Origin: a bacterium
GTDB taxonomy: Bacteria > Zhuqueibacterota > Zhuqueibacteria > Residuimicrobiales > Krinioviventaceae
Length of the DNA stretch: 64,000 nt
NCBI GenBank assembly: GCA_963693055.1
Contig: OY843751.1
Location: forward strand, 5,440,001 to 5,504,000
Direction of reading: 5' to 3'
Positions 1-9,148 of the stretch are shown piece by piece (position 1 is the stretch's first letter; each line of letters starts with the position of its first letter). Both the position numbers and the translations under genes were made by a program. A model generated the notes under the pieces. That model was not told where the DNA came from, did no database searches, and saw nothing but the letters and a program-made list of their open reading frames with translations.

Positions 1-33
1 AATACTCCCCAATAGACTACTATTTCCTACTCA

Positions 34-63
34 AAAAACCCGCAATTTTGATTGCGGGTTTTT
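34..63. terminator. Probable intrinsic terminator
   Basis: AAAAACCCGCAAT-tttg-ATTGCGGGTTTTT, a perfect 13-bp stem with A/T tails. Confidence 0.7.
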
Positions 64-183
64 CATTACCCCTTAATCTCTATTAAAAAATCTTTTTTCA
101 TTGTAATAATGATTTCTTATTTTAACCAACAGGGGATCACCAAACATCCCAAAATAGAATCATCAACAAACATAGGGGTTTTT

Positions 184-1242
184 ATGAATCTTAAAGCAGT
201 AAAAATACTTGCGCTTACAGGATTATTGTTTTACACATCCGCATTTGCCGTCAATTCCACAGCAAGGTATCTGCTATGGCAGCCATCCGCCAGAGCAATC
301 GCAATGGGTGGTGCCGGCAATACTGTATCGAACGGAGTATTCGCAACATTTTATAATCCCGCATCTCTGGCGTTTTTGAAAAAATTTCACTACAGCAGCT
401 CATACGGTAAGCCTATTCCGTTTTTGACTCATACAGCACATGCATTGGATGCTGTATCCTATTCTTTTGATAAAATTGGTACAATCGGTTTTACCTACAA
501 CCGTTACTGGCAGGAAGCTCAACTCCTCACCAATGAATCTGGGCCGGAGGGCTTGGGTGGAACCGGATACGCATATAATTATTGGCAGCCTTCTCATTGG
601 CAGCTAAAACTGTCTTATGCAGCACTGCTTTCCAAAAATCTGGCTTTTGGTATCAGCTCAAGTGTTTTGAGAATTAAACTCTCCAGTATTGGCGCAGGAA
701 GGGAAATGGGAAGTGGAGAAACCTGGGCTTTTCTGTTTGATGGAGGATTACTTTACAGAAATATTCTTACAAAGTCAACCTGGCATCCAAAATATGACCA
801 CCAATATGAGATGTTTAAAAAATGGGCACCACCAAAACCTGATAATGGTATGGCAATTGGTATTTCCATCAGCAATGCAGGTATGGGCATCGCTTATATT
901 GATGAGAGGCAAAAAGACAATCCACCCACTATTGCAACTCTGGGTTTATCATATTGCCCGATATCTTCTCCACTAATATCACTTTTGATTGCTGCTGATT
1001 TTGACAAGGAAATATTCGAAGAATCAACCTTGGACTATATACACATGGGAAATGAAATACGTTTTCTTGATGTCTTTGCCGTACAAACCGGATATTTCCT
1101 GGACACCTTTGAACCCAACACATCTTACTTTACCTGGGGGCTGGGTTTTGTAAGCAAGTATGCTTCAGTGTATCTGGCCAGGTTCAAGAGAGCATATTTA
1201 CCGTCTACCTATCTGGATTTCAATTTATCATTGGAGTTTTAA
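184..1242 (+). CDS. PorV/PorQ-family outer-membrane beta-barrel protein
   Basis: Signal peptide from ATG 184; 'SARAIAMGGAG...ATFYNPASLA' N-terminal motif; terminal Phe. Confidence 0.75.
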   Translation: MNLKAVKILALTGLLFYTSAFAVNSTARYLLWQPSARAIAMGGAGNTVSNGVFATFYNPASLAFLKKFHYSSSYGKPIPFLTHTAHALDAVSYSFDKIGTIGFTYNRYWQEAQLLTNESGPEGLGGTGYAYNYWQPSHWQLKLSYAALLSKNLAFGISSSVLRIKLSSIGAGREMGSGETWAFLFDGGLLYRNILTKSTWHPKYDHQYEMFKKWAPPKPDNGMAIGISISNAGMGIAYIDERQKDNPPTIATLGLSYCPISSPLISLLIAADFDKEIFEESTLDYIHMGNEIRFLDVFAVQTGYFLDTFEPNTSYFTWGLGFVSKYASVYLARFKRAYLPSTYLDFNLSLEF

Positions 1243-1243
1243 T

Positions 1244-1648
1244 ATGAAAAGATCAATTATTTTAATAGTAATACTATTGTCAACTATTTCCTTTCTTTCT
1301 TGTACTGATAATACCATAGAAGTTCTGACAGGGATTCAGGACGGAAAAGAGCTTGATGAGGGAGCGTCCGTACCCTTTGAACTCGCGCAAAATTATCCCA
1401 ATCCTTTCAATCCATCCACATCAATACATTATTTTGTCTCGCGCGAAATGCATCTTGAAATGCATGTATATTCAGATGACTGGCAAAAAGTTGCCACATT
1501 ATTAGACGAAACAAAACCAAAAGGATATTACGTTGTTCTTTTTGGAGACGGACGGTCAGAGGACAAACCTATTCCAAGCGGCGATTATTATTATACACTC
1601 GAAGGAGATGGGATAGTTTTGATTCGAAGAATGAAATTGATTAAATAA
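1244..1648 (+). CDS. Small lipoprotein consisting essentially of a T9SS-type/FlgD-Ig C-terminal sorting domain
   Basis: Lipobox FLSC; 'FELAQNYPNPFNPSTSIHY...SGDYYYTL...RRMKLIK'. Confidence 0.7.
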   Translation: MKRSIILIVILLSTISFLSCTDNTIEVLTGIQDGKELDEGASVPFELAQNYPNPFNPSTSIHYFVSREMHLEMHVYSDDWQKVATLLDETKPKGYYVVLFGDGRSEDKPIPSGDYYYTLEGDGIVLIRRMKLIK

Positions 1649-1725
1649 AAAACCTTTTTTAGGCAGTATTATAAGCGCTCCCCAGGCAGGATAGACTGTG
1701 TGAAAATTAGAAAAAAAAGTGTTTT

Positions 1726-1898
1726 TGGAGTGCATCGCGTTTATGCGATGCGTCGGACCAAAGGTCCGAAATAAATCTGCTTTTATTCTCAAATATCAAG
1801 TAATTTTAGTGTCATTATAAGTTCAATGTTTTTATAAATATACAATCTTGTCAAGGCCGTCTTCGACGGCCCGCATTCCTTAAAAGTAATGCACTCCA
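1726..1898. repeat. Inverted pair of REP-like double-hairpin elements
   Basis: TGGAGTGCAT at 1726 is inverted against ATGCACTCCA ending at 1898; each arm carries two internal hairpins. Confidence 0.6.
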
Positions 1899-1999
1899 CC
1901 TATTTTATATTAAATTTTAAAAACGCTATATTATTTATTTCATTAATATGATTCAATTTCACACAATCTGAGGAGCCTGGGTACCAGAAAAGAGACGAT

Positions 2000-2057
2000 G
2001 CCGACCTCTGAGTGATCCGTACACCGGGTGGTGTACGGATCGTATCATAGGACCGGC
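2000..2057. repeat. Palindromic repeat of the GATACG-hairpin-CACTC type
   Basis: Perfect 12-bp stem GATCCGTACACC/GGTGTACGGATC (2014-2041); flanks resemble the modules at ~4346-4395 and ~5851-5903. Confidence 0.55.
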
Positions 2058-2077
2058 GAATTAACCGAAATACTGAT

Positions 2078-2425
2078 TTACTTTTTAATCCACATACTTT
2101 TGTCTACTGTCATCTTTTTCGTAAAAGCCTCTGCACCCTGCTCACGGATCATCTGAATACCCGCAGCGCGGTCATACCTGAATATCAAAGAAAAGAACCG
2201 GTCAATGCCACCATTTATTTTCTTACATGCAGATGTGTCCGCATAGGTTTCACAATCCGCACAAGTGGTATAACTGCGGTCGATACAGCAATTCCGGATT
2301 TTGCATTTGGCTTTTTTCAATGTCTCTGCACAACCCTCACACTTGCCCTTTAAATACGCTTTACACGCGCCACAATACAATCCGCATTTGGTAACCAGAC
2401 TTGCATCCGCAACAATGTCTTTCAT
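2078..2425 (-). CDS. DUF3795-like Cys-rich metal-binding protein
   Basis: CGLYCGAC..CEGC..CKIRNCC..CADC pattern; GAGGAG RBS; alternative TTG start at 2431. Confidence 0.8.
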   Translation of the reverse strand: MKDIVADASLVTKCGLYCGACKAYLKGKCEGCAETLKKAKCKIRNCCIDRSYTTCADCETYADTSACKKINGGIDRFFSLIFRYDRAAGIQMIREQGAEAFTKKMTVDKSMWIKK

Positions 2426-2445
2426 AGTCAATACTCCTCGACTTA

Positions 2446-3570
2446 TTATCCCGCCTTGTTTACAATTTTTTTCAGTTTGGAATATTTTGATATTAATTTG
2501 CCGGCTGCAACGTCTGCCTCTGTAAAGCTTGCCATCATTATTTCCATTTGGTCTTTTCTTGAAAAATCGTAAATGATATGTATAGTCCCATCTGCTGCCT
2601 GTTTGCCATCAGGATACGATATACTCTCCCGCTCGTCCAAAAGTAGTCCGCCATACCATGAAGCACCATCATCATCAGACAAATATGCCGTGAGATGAGA
2701 TCGCCCGGTCTGTTCATCCAAGGGTCCATGTTTTACCAACAACAGTTTACCGGAATCCAACCGACGTATAAAAAACCTTGCTGCCGGATGCTGAATGGAT
2801 GATGGAGTCAATTCCGGCCAGGTTTCACCTTTATCTGTGGAAACACTTTCGCCAATACCGTATCGGGTACGGGCCAGTAACCACAAGGAACCATCCGTTT
2901 TTTCTATGATCATGTGCTCATCAAAGCTCCGCACTTTTTCAGGGACATTGCAGCCACCCCGGACCGTCCAGGTTTCACCCTTGTCTGTGGATACCACTAC
3001 TCTGGCACTGTTGTCGGCTTTGCGCCAGGTGGATGCAGGTAGCACCCATTCACCAGAGCCCAACACGGTGGGCTTGCACATCATCACCCCATCGGTTAAA
3101 CGCTGTGGAGCTGACCAGTTGGGCTTTGCTTCACCCGGATTCTCTGTGGTCATGGCCCATACGCCGCCTATGGTTCCATCGTGACCAATCGCTTGTGCCC
3201 AGAACGCCCACAGCTTGCCGGTGGGATCAATCCACAATTCCGGATCAAAAACACGCACGGGCCCCGAAACATCCGGATCAACAATATGAGAGATCTGCCA
3301 ATTCTCTCCGTCGCCGCTGGTCATAACAACCACATAGTTATTACTGTCTTCCGCAGCGGTTGGGCCCGCATACCATGTTGCCCACATACGCCCATTTTCG
3401 GCAACTTCAATACTGGGAATGCCCTGAAAAGTACGATTGGATTCCAGGTAATAGTCGGTTACATTGCTAATGACTTTTGGCGTCTCTAAAAAAGCCTTTT
3501 TCGTTGTGTTTGAACTGCAAAAAATCAATACGGGCAAAAAAATCAGGATACTCCATTTCACTGTTTTCAT
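2446..3570 (-). CDS. Sialidase-family (BNR/Asp-box) secreted protein
   Basis: Asp-boxes STDKGETW (twice) and SDDDGASW; SYP motif; signal peptide with Cys. Confidence 0.85.
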   Translation of the reverse strand: MKTVKWSILIFLPVLIFCSSNTTKKAFLETPKVISNVTDYYLESNRTFQGIPSIEVAENGRMWATWYAGPTAAEDSNNYVVVMTSGDGENWQISHIVDPDVSGPVRVFDPELWIDPTGKLWAFWAQAIGHDGTIGGVWAMTTENPGEAKPNWSAPQRLTDGVMMCKPTVLGSGEWVLPASTWRKADNSARVVVSTDKGETWTVRGGCNVPEKVRSFDEHMIIEKTDGSLWLLARTRYGIGESVSTDKGETWPELTPSSIQHPAARFFIRRLDSGKLLLVKHGPLDEQTGRSHLTAYLSDDDGASWYGGLLLDERESISYPDGKQAADGTIHIIYDFSRKDQMEIMMASFTEADVAAGKLISKYSKLKKIVNKAG

Positions 3571-3581
3571 ATCAGTCCTTT

Positions 3582-3992
3582 TTATTTATGTAATTGTTTA
3601 TAAATCAACCAGGGTGCCGCAGCAAGGAACAATAAAAATAAACCCCATGTACGACCACGGAGCAAGTTATAATCCGCCAGCAAGGTTTGAATGGAATTAC
3701 CCATTACCAGACTGCCAAACACAAATTCAAATGCAATGGTTAGCACCAGCCATAACATGCCTATACGCAGGGCATCCGGTTGTGTATGCGGGGCATGGGT
3801 GCGTTTCAAAAACAGCCACGCGGTAATCCAGATATAGATCCACGTGACCGGCAACAACACGGCACGAGCCAGGGTGCCATTCATGCCTGTTATCGGAATA
3901 AACACAGCTTCCCGAAAAGCCCCATACATGACAGTCAACACTGCCAGCATACACCATACACCCAATGCCTGATAATAGATCCTATGATTCAA
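3582..3992 (-). CDS. Small multi-pass membrane protein, function unknown
   Basis: 136 aa with four hydrophobic segments; co-oriented with the sialidase gene. Confidence 0.7.
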   Translation of the reverse strand: MNHRIYYQALGVWCMLAVLTVMYGAFREAVFIPITGMNGTLARAVLLPVTWIYIWITAWLFLKRTHAPHTQPDALRIGMLWLVLTIAFEFVFGSLVMGNSIQTLLADYNLLRGRTWGLFLLFLAAAPWLIYKQLHK

Positions 3993-4143
3993 CGGCCTGC
4001 TCCGCTCCAGATATCAGAATAATATTTATAGTATTAAATTAATATATCAATTCTGGGATTAATAACCAAAATAAAATGGTGTCGAGGACGGGCTGTTTAA
4101 AAGGGTGGGAACGCAAACCCAGTCCTATAAATCCTATTAATAA

Positions 4144-4667
4144 TAATTCAGACAAAGACCAAACGCAAAGGACGCCAAAGATTCGCAGATGTCGCAAAGG
4201 AAAAACAAAAAAGATACACTGGTAAAAGCCAGAGGATCAGAGTAAATTTATATTGAATTCATGGGCGGGAACAGTCTGAGACCGTTCCCTACTATGAAAA
4301 TTTTCTTTCGTAATTTTTCGTATGTTTCGTGGGTAAAAATAAACGCGGTTGCTTCGATACGCTCGTCAGCATTACGGACTTGCACTCTGCAACCAGCTAC
4401 AACAATAAAAAAAGATCGAATCAAGGTAATCCTATAATCTTTTTTATCATGGTCTTTAAGCTCATTCATCCTAATTCAGACAAAAAACAAACGCAAAGGA
4501 CGCCAAGGCTTCGCAGAGGGCGCAAAGGAAAGATAAAAAGGGTACACTGGCAAAAGCCTGAGGACCAGAGTAAATCTATATTGACTTCATAGTAGGGAAC
4601 GGTCTGAGACCGTTCCCTACATGAAAATTTTCTTTCGTAATTTTTCGTATGTTTCGTGGGTAAAAAT
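4144..4667. repeat. Imperfect tandem duplication (328-bp period) of a composite repeat containing GTAG-type REP palindromes
   Basis: 4144-4340 aligns with 4472-4667; REP GTAGGGAACGGTCTGAGACCGTTCCCTAC at 4592-4620, variant at 4264-4292. Confidence 0.9.
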
Positions 4668-4716
4668 TTTCAAGCCACGGATCCACACAGATGTTCACGG
4701 ATAAACAAATTGAATA

Positions 4717-5733
4717 TTAATGATTTTGATACTCTACCCTGCCAATAGAAAAGAAAAAATCATTCCATAGGTTTTTATTGTATTCAGTTGTTTTGTCTGA
4801 AAGATTTAAATCTTCAATTAAAAACAAATCTCCCCCGCTATTATATTTTGCAATTATTTTAGACATGTTCAACTCTAGCATAATAGGAGTTTCATCTTTT
4901 TTATAACGATTTTGCCAATAAATCCAATACATTCTATGGTTCTGAGATGCATTATAAGCAGAAAGCGATACAAATTTAAAACCGCATGCAATACAATCTG
5001 CATAAGGGGGCTTTTGCGTTACAAGCAAAGTATCTTCATTCTTTAATGCAATCTTGTATTCATTCAAGTCAGAAATAATTGTTTCAACATTATCGTGTTT
5101 AAATTCTTGTTGTGTATATTTTATATTTTCCGAATATTTTTGGTACTTTTCAGGAACACACGGTCTTTTCTTATAGTCCTCTTTGTAATAACGAATAAAA
5201 TAATCAGTCATTCCTTTAATTAGCTGAACATCCGCATATAACATCTTGTGTTGAACTCTATATCCTAAAATTGAAACAAATTTGTGTTTTGTAACAGAAA
5301 TATCTATCATTTTGTATAACAACGGAGTTCCATAATACCCTACCCCTATTTTCACAGTATTGTATGTACTTGAATAAAAATTAGAATAACCCAGGTCAAA
5401 TTCTATAGATGAATTATAATTTGTAGCAAACAAATCATTCATATGAAACTGCATATTATAAAACGAGTTGTTTAGATCCCAATAGTGCGCCAAAGAAATA
5501 TGACTCGGTAAAAAGTATACAAAATTATTCAATGATGTACCAATTACATCCTGATCGGTTAATCCATGAAACATTGAAAACTGTATGGAAGGTGTGCTAA
5601 AATTATTTCCGGAAAGATTCAAGCTCACCCGTAATTCATTTTCTCCTTTTAATAAAGGCCGTGGAGGTACAAAATTTTGTGTTGTACAGTTAATAAAAAG
5701 AAAAACTATTATTATACCCCAAATCTTGCTCAT
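4717..5733 (-). CDS. AT-rich hypothetical lipoprotein (orphan)
   Basis: 338-aa ORF, FINC lipobox-like signal, visibly more AT-rich than its neighbours. Confidence 0.75.
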   Translation of the reverse strand: MSKIWGIIIVFLFINCTTQNFVPPRPLLKGENELRVSLNLSGNNFSTPSIQFSMFHGLTDQDVIGTSLNNFVYFLPSHISLAHYWDLNNSFYNMQFHMNDLFATNYNSSIEFDLGYSNFYSSTYNTVKIGVGYYGTPLLYKMIDISVTKHKFVSILGYRVQHKMLYADVQLIKGMTDYFIRYYKEDYKKRPCVPEKYQKYSENIKYTQQEFKHDNVETIISDLNEYKIALKNEDTLLVTQKPPYADCIACGFKFVSLSAYNASQNHRMYWIYWQNRYKKDETPIMLELNMSKIIAKYNSGGDLFLIEDLNLSDKTTEYNKNLWNDFFFSIGRVEYQNH

Positions 5734-5771
5734 AACACCCCTTTTTCATACAACATTTTTAATAATCCACT

Positions 5772-6005
5772 GTAGGGAACTGTCTTAGACCGTTCCCTAC
5801 ATGAAAATATTCTTTCGTGCATGTTCTTGTATTTCGTGCGCCAATATAAACGCCGGTGCTTTTATACGCGTGTCAGCATTACTGCTCGCACTCTGCAACC
5901 GGCCACAACAATCAAAGAATTGATCGAATCAAGGTAATCCTAAAATCCTATAAATCAGGGTCTTTAATCCCTTTAATCAAGGTCCTTAATCCTGAAAATC
6001 TGAGT
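5772..6005. repeat. Third partial copy of the composite repeat (REP, GATACG module, AATC 9-mer array)
   Basis: REP variant at 5772-5800; 5772-5961 aligns with 4264-4453; AATC-led units of 8-9 nt run to ~6005. Confidence 0.85.
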
Positions 6006-7460
6006 CTAGTTACCAACCACCTTGATCTTGCTGCCCGCTTTGAGAGACGCGTCCAGTTCCATTCCATTCAAAATAGCAAACTCGTCCAGTTTGTCCTCTG
6101 CAATTCCGTTCTTTTTCAGTTCCGCACGAAGCGTACTTGGTGTAGATACGGTTTTTACATGCAATGTCTTGGGTTTAACATTGAGCTTTGCCGGATCAGT
6201 CAACTTTTTAAAATGCCCCATGGTCCCGGTAAACGAGTTCTGGTAACCGTTAAAACTGGCCGTATCCGTAAAACCGTGAAATACATAAATTTTATTATCT
6301 TTTTGAATAAAGTAGGATACAACCTTGAGCTCGCTCTCTTCACTGGTAACTGTGCTGTATACACGCTGGGTTTTGTAATTGTTAACTGTAATAGCGTCAG
6401 ACGCGGTTATAGTTGCACCTGCGTTCTGCGTAAAAGACTGCGAGGCCGCCAAAGGAGTTGAAGAATTGTCCAACGTAAACATGATAGCTGCATTCTCTTG
6501 CGGAGATACCATTTGCACCTGCTCAGGAGTATTGTTCAATTTCCATTCCGAGGGTACGGGAAATGTGATCTGTAATTCGGGATGATAAAAGGCATTGCCG
6601 TCCACATACCCCTGGCGTGGATCTTCGCCAAAGGTGATCCCATCCACCTGTGCCAAATAGTTGTCGCGATTATAAACAAACTCCTTACCGGCAAGCTGGC
6701 TCTGCCATTCTTTGGTTTTGTTCCTGACCGCTTCAACACGATTCACAGGATTCGGGTGCGTGGAGAACCACTCTGGCAGGCCGCTGCCGTCTGAACTGGG
6801 ATGCATACGTTCAAGCGTATTGAAAAAATCTGCCATAGCCATCGAGTTATAGCCTGATCTTGAAGAATACTCTACACCCAAATCATCGGCTTGTCTTTCA
6901 TTATCTCGACTGTATTTCAAAAACAACATGCTCACACCAAACTGAGCTAGTCCCGCATAGTCGCGAAACTTTTCAGAAAAAATCATGCCTACACCCAAGC
7001 CTAGTTGTGCCAGTTGAGCACGGCTGTACTGTACCGCGGAATGTCGTGCGTTGACATGGCCCAGCTCATGCCCCAAAACGCCTGCAAACTCGGCTTCGTT
7101 ATTCAGATAGCCCAGAATACCCCGGGTAAAATAAACATATCCGCCGGGTACGGCAAACGCATTTACCACCGGTGTATCCAACACTTTGAATGTGTATGGC
7201 AGATTGGGACGGTGGGTTTTAACTGCCATCTCCTGCCCGAGCTTGTCCAGATATGCCGTTAATTCAGGATCATCATAAATGCCGTATGTCTCAATAATCT
7301 GCTGGTCGGTTTCTTTACCCAGCGCAATCTCATCGTTTTCAGTGAGTAGCATAAGCTCATGCTTGCCGGTTACCGGATTCACAGCACAAGAGATCAGCCA
7401 GGCTGTGAAAAAAAACAACGTGACTCCAACCAGTATATAGGCAACATTCCTTGCTTTCAT
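6006..7460 (-). CDS. M48-family zinc metalloprotease lipoprotein with a LysM-like C-terminus
   Basis: CAVNPVTG; NAFAVPGG; HELGH; YSRDNERQAD; STHP. Confidence 0.9.
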   Translation of the reverse strand: MKARNVAYILVGVTLFFFTAWLISCAVNPVTGKHELMLLTENDEIALGKETDQQIIETYGIYDDPELTAYLDKLGQEMAVKTHRPNLPYTFKVLDTPVVNAFAVPGGYVYFTRGILGYLNNEAEFAGVLGHELGHVNARHSAVQYSRAQLAQLGLGVGMIFSEKFRDYAGLAQFGVSMLFLKYSRDNERQADDLGVEYSSRSGYNSMAMADFFNTLERMHPSSDGSGLPEWFSTHPNPVNRVEAVRNKTKEWQSQLAGKEFVYNRDNYLAQVDGITFGEDPRQGYVDGNAFYHPELQITFPVPSEWKLNNTPEQVQMVSPQENAAIMFTLDNSSTPLAASQSFTQNAGATITASDAITVNNYKTQRVYSTVTSEESELKVVSYFIQKDNKIYVFHGFTDTASFNGYQNSFTGTMGHFKKLTDPAKLNVKPKTLHVKTVSTPSTLRAELKKNGIAEDKLDEFAILNGMELDASLKAGSKIKVVGN

Positions 7461-7481
7461 TATCAATTCCCTCCAAATTTC

Positions 7482-8993
7482 TTAATAAACACGTTTGATT
7501 CGTCCCTCAAGCTTTGAATCCACTTCCGGATACTTTTTCAAATAACTAATCACCATATCAGAAACCACGGTTCCGGTACTGGTTGTAGACTGGGGGACAA
7601 ATCCCAAATACTTTTCAGCCTGCCCCTGTAATATAAAATCTACGGTTGCTACGGTATAAGTACCCTTGGGGTCCAGTGGCTTGCCATTGACTTGAGCAGA
7701 AACCAGATCCAAAGATTTATCCTGTTTGATACGATATGTATAATGTAAACCCGATATCTGCATCACACCCCGATATCCGTCCATTTCACCCGAGTTCTGA
7801 TTAATCAAAGTGATCAAATCCTGACCACTGCACTCGAATGTTTCAACAACATTGGTAAATGGCAAAATTTCAACAATATCCAGCTTGGTAATGGGACCTG
7901 CCGGCAGGTCTTTACGGATACCACCACTGTTCATCATGGCAATATCGGCTCCACTCTCTTCACGGATTGCATCAGTAATGAAATTACCAAGATTAGATTC
8001 GCCATCGTTGTTACGGATCCAAGCAGTCTTTAATGTACCAAATTGCTCATTATATTCTTTATCGATCTCGGCCTTGTAGGTATCTACCAGCTTGACCATT
8101 TCAGGATTCGGATCTTTGACACTGTCTACCCAAGTGTTCAAAAGTTCATAATCATACGAAGCAATGCTGTCGCCTTTAACATCTAATGTTAAACGGCCAA
8201 GGTTGGTAGTTTTAGCACCTGCCTGGAAAACCAGCATACCGTTAACTTTTCTGGGCTTGGGCAACCGTGTATGACTATGGCCACCCAAAATCAGGTCAGC
8301 GTTTTTCACTGTTTTTGCAAGATCCATATCCTCCTGAATGCCATTATGTGTTAACAGAACAATCAGATCCGTTTTCGGGTCAATCTCGTCAATATACTTT
8401 TGTGTTATGGAAATAGGATCAATTACTTCAACACCCTGCAGGTTTTTTTGCGCTGTTACCTGGTCCAGCGCTTTCAGCATTACACCTATAACACCAACAC
8501 GTACACCATCTACCTTGTATATCATATAAGGCTTTTCAACAGCAGGTTTCCCATAGATGTTCATATTGCAGCAAACCACATCAAAGTTTCCCATGTTCAA
8601 CAGCTTGTGCAGGTTATCCTGACCATTATCAAATTCGTGATTTCCAACCGTTATCACATCGTAATCGATAATATTCATCATTTTTACAAAAGCACCACCG
8701 GTAGCGCCATCCACATCAACCTTGGCGAGGGGTGTTCCGGTAAGGAAATCGCCTGCATCAATAACCAGCGAGTTGGGCCATTGTTCGCGTAACTGACGGA
8801 TGTGATACTCGAGCGCAACCATACCACCAACCTGAGGTTGCGGCGAACGGTCAACCCAGGTAGCTGTGAGCGGGATATACTGACTGTGCATATCATTGGT
8901 ATGAATGAGTGTTACCTCTCCTTCTTTAGGGCCTGAACAAAAAGTCAGTAATAATCCACTAATGATCAAGAGCAAAAACAGATACTTTTTCAT
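7482..8993 (-). CDS. Bifunctional metallophosphatase/5'-nucleotidase lipoprotein
   Basis: HTNDMH, DAGD, GNHEFD, GGHSH, NSGGIR motifs. Confidence 0.92.
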   Translation of the reverse strand: MKKYLFLLLIISGLLLTFCSGPKEGEVTLIHTNDMHSQYIPLTATWVDRSPQPQVGGMVALEYHIRQLREQWPNSLVIDAGDFLTGTPLAKVDVDGATGGAFVKMMNIIDYDVITVGNHEFDNGQDNLHKLLNMGNFDVVCCNMNIYGKPAVEKPYMIYKVDGVRVGVIGVMLKALDQVTAQKNLQGVEVIDPISITQKYIDEIDPKTDLIVLLTHNGIQEDMDLAKTVKNADLILGGHSHTRLPKPRKVNGMLVFQAGAKTTNLGRLTLDVKGDSIASYDYELLNTWVDSVKDPNPEMVKLVDTYKAEIDKEYNEQFGTLKTAWIRNNDGESNLGNFITDAIREESGADIAMMNSGGIRKDLPAGPITKLDIVEILPFTNVVETFECSGQDLITLINQNSGEMDGYRGVMQISGLHYTYRIKQDKSLDLVSAQVNGKPLDPKGTYTVATVDFILQGQAEKYLGFVPQSTTSTGTVVSDMVISYLKKYPEVDSKLEGRIKRVY

Positions 8994-9148
8994 CTTGTAT
9001 TCAATCTCCATATTAACAATCAACGATAATAATTCTTTATTGGTAAATCAAGTTAAATTAATAAAAATTCCCGTAATAACAAACCGGAATACTATTGGAC
9101 AATTACAGTTAAAATTTGTATTTTTGGATAAATTCTGAGGGCTGGTAC

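Noticed and set aside
1995-2065. Group II intron domain V/VI remnant
   Set aside because: The resemblance is superficial; no proper catalytic-triad DV or RT ORF is present, and the match to a local repeat module explains it better
4248-4592. Short ORFs 4248-4469 and 4329-4592 (also 5856-6461 and 20053-20349)
   Set aside because: They are translations of the non-coding repeats (TQRTPR, NPENPLN) or antisense shadows of real genes
4264-5800. Three 29-bp palindromes as a CRISPR array
   Set aside because: They are 328 bp and 1180 bp apart, the intervening DNA is itself repeated or coding, and no cas genes are present
4144-6005. Integron attC cassette array
   Set aside because: No convincing RYYYAAC...GTTRRRY boxes flank the gene, and there is no intI in the window
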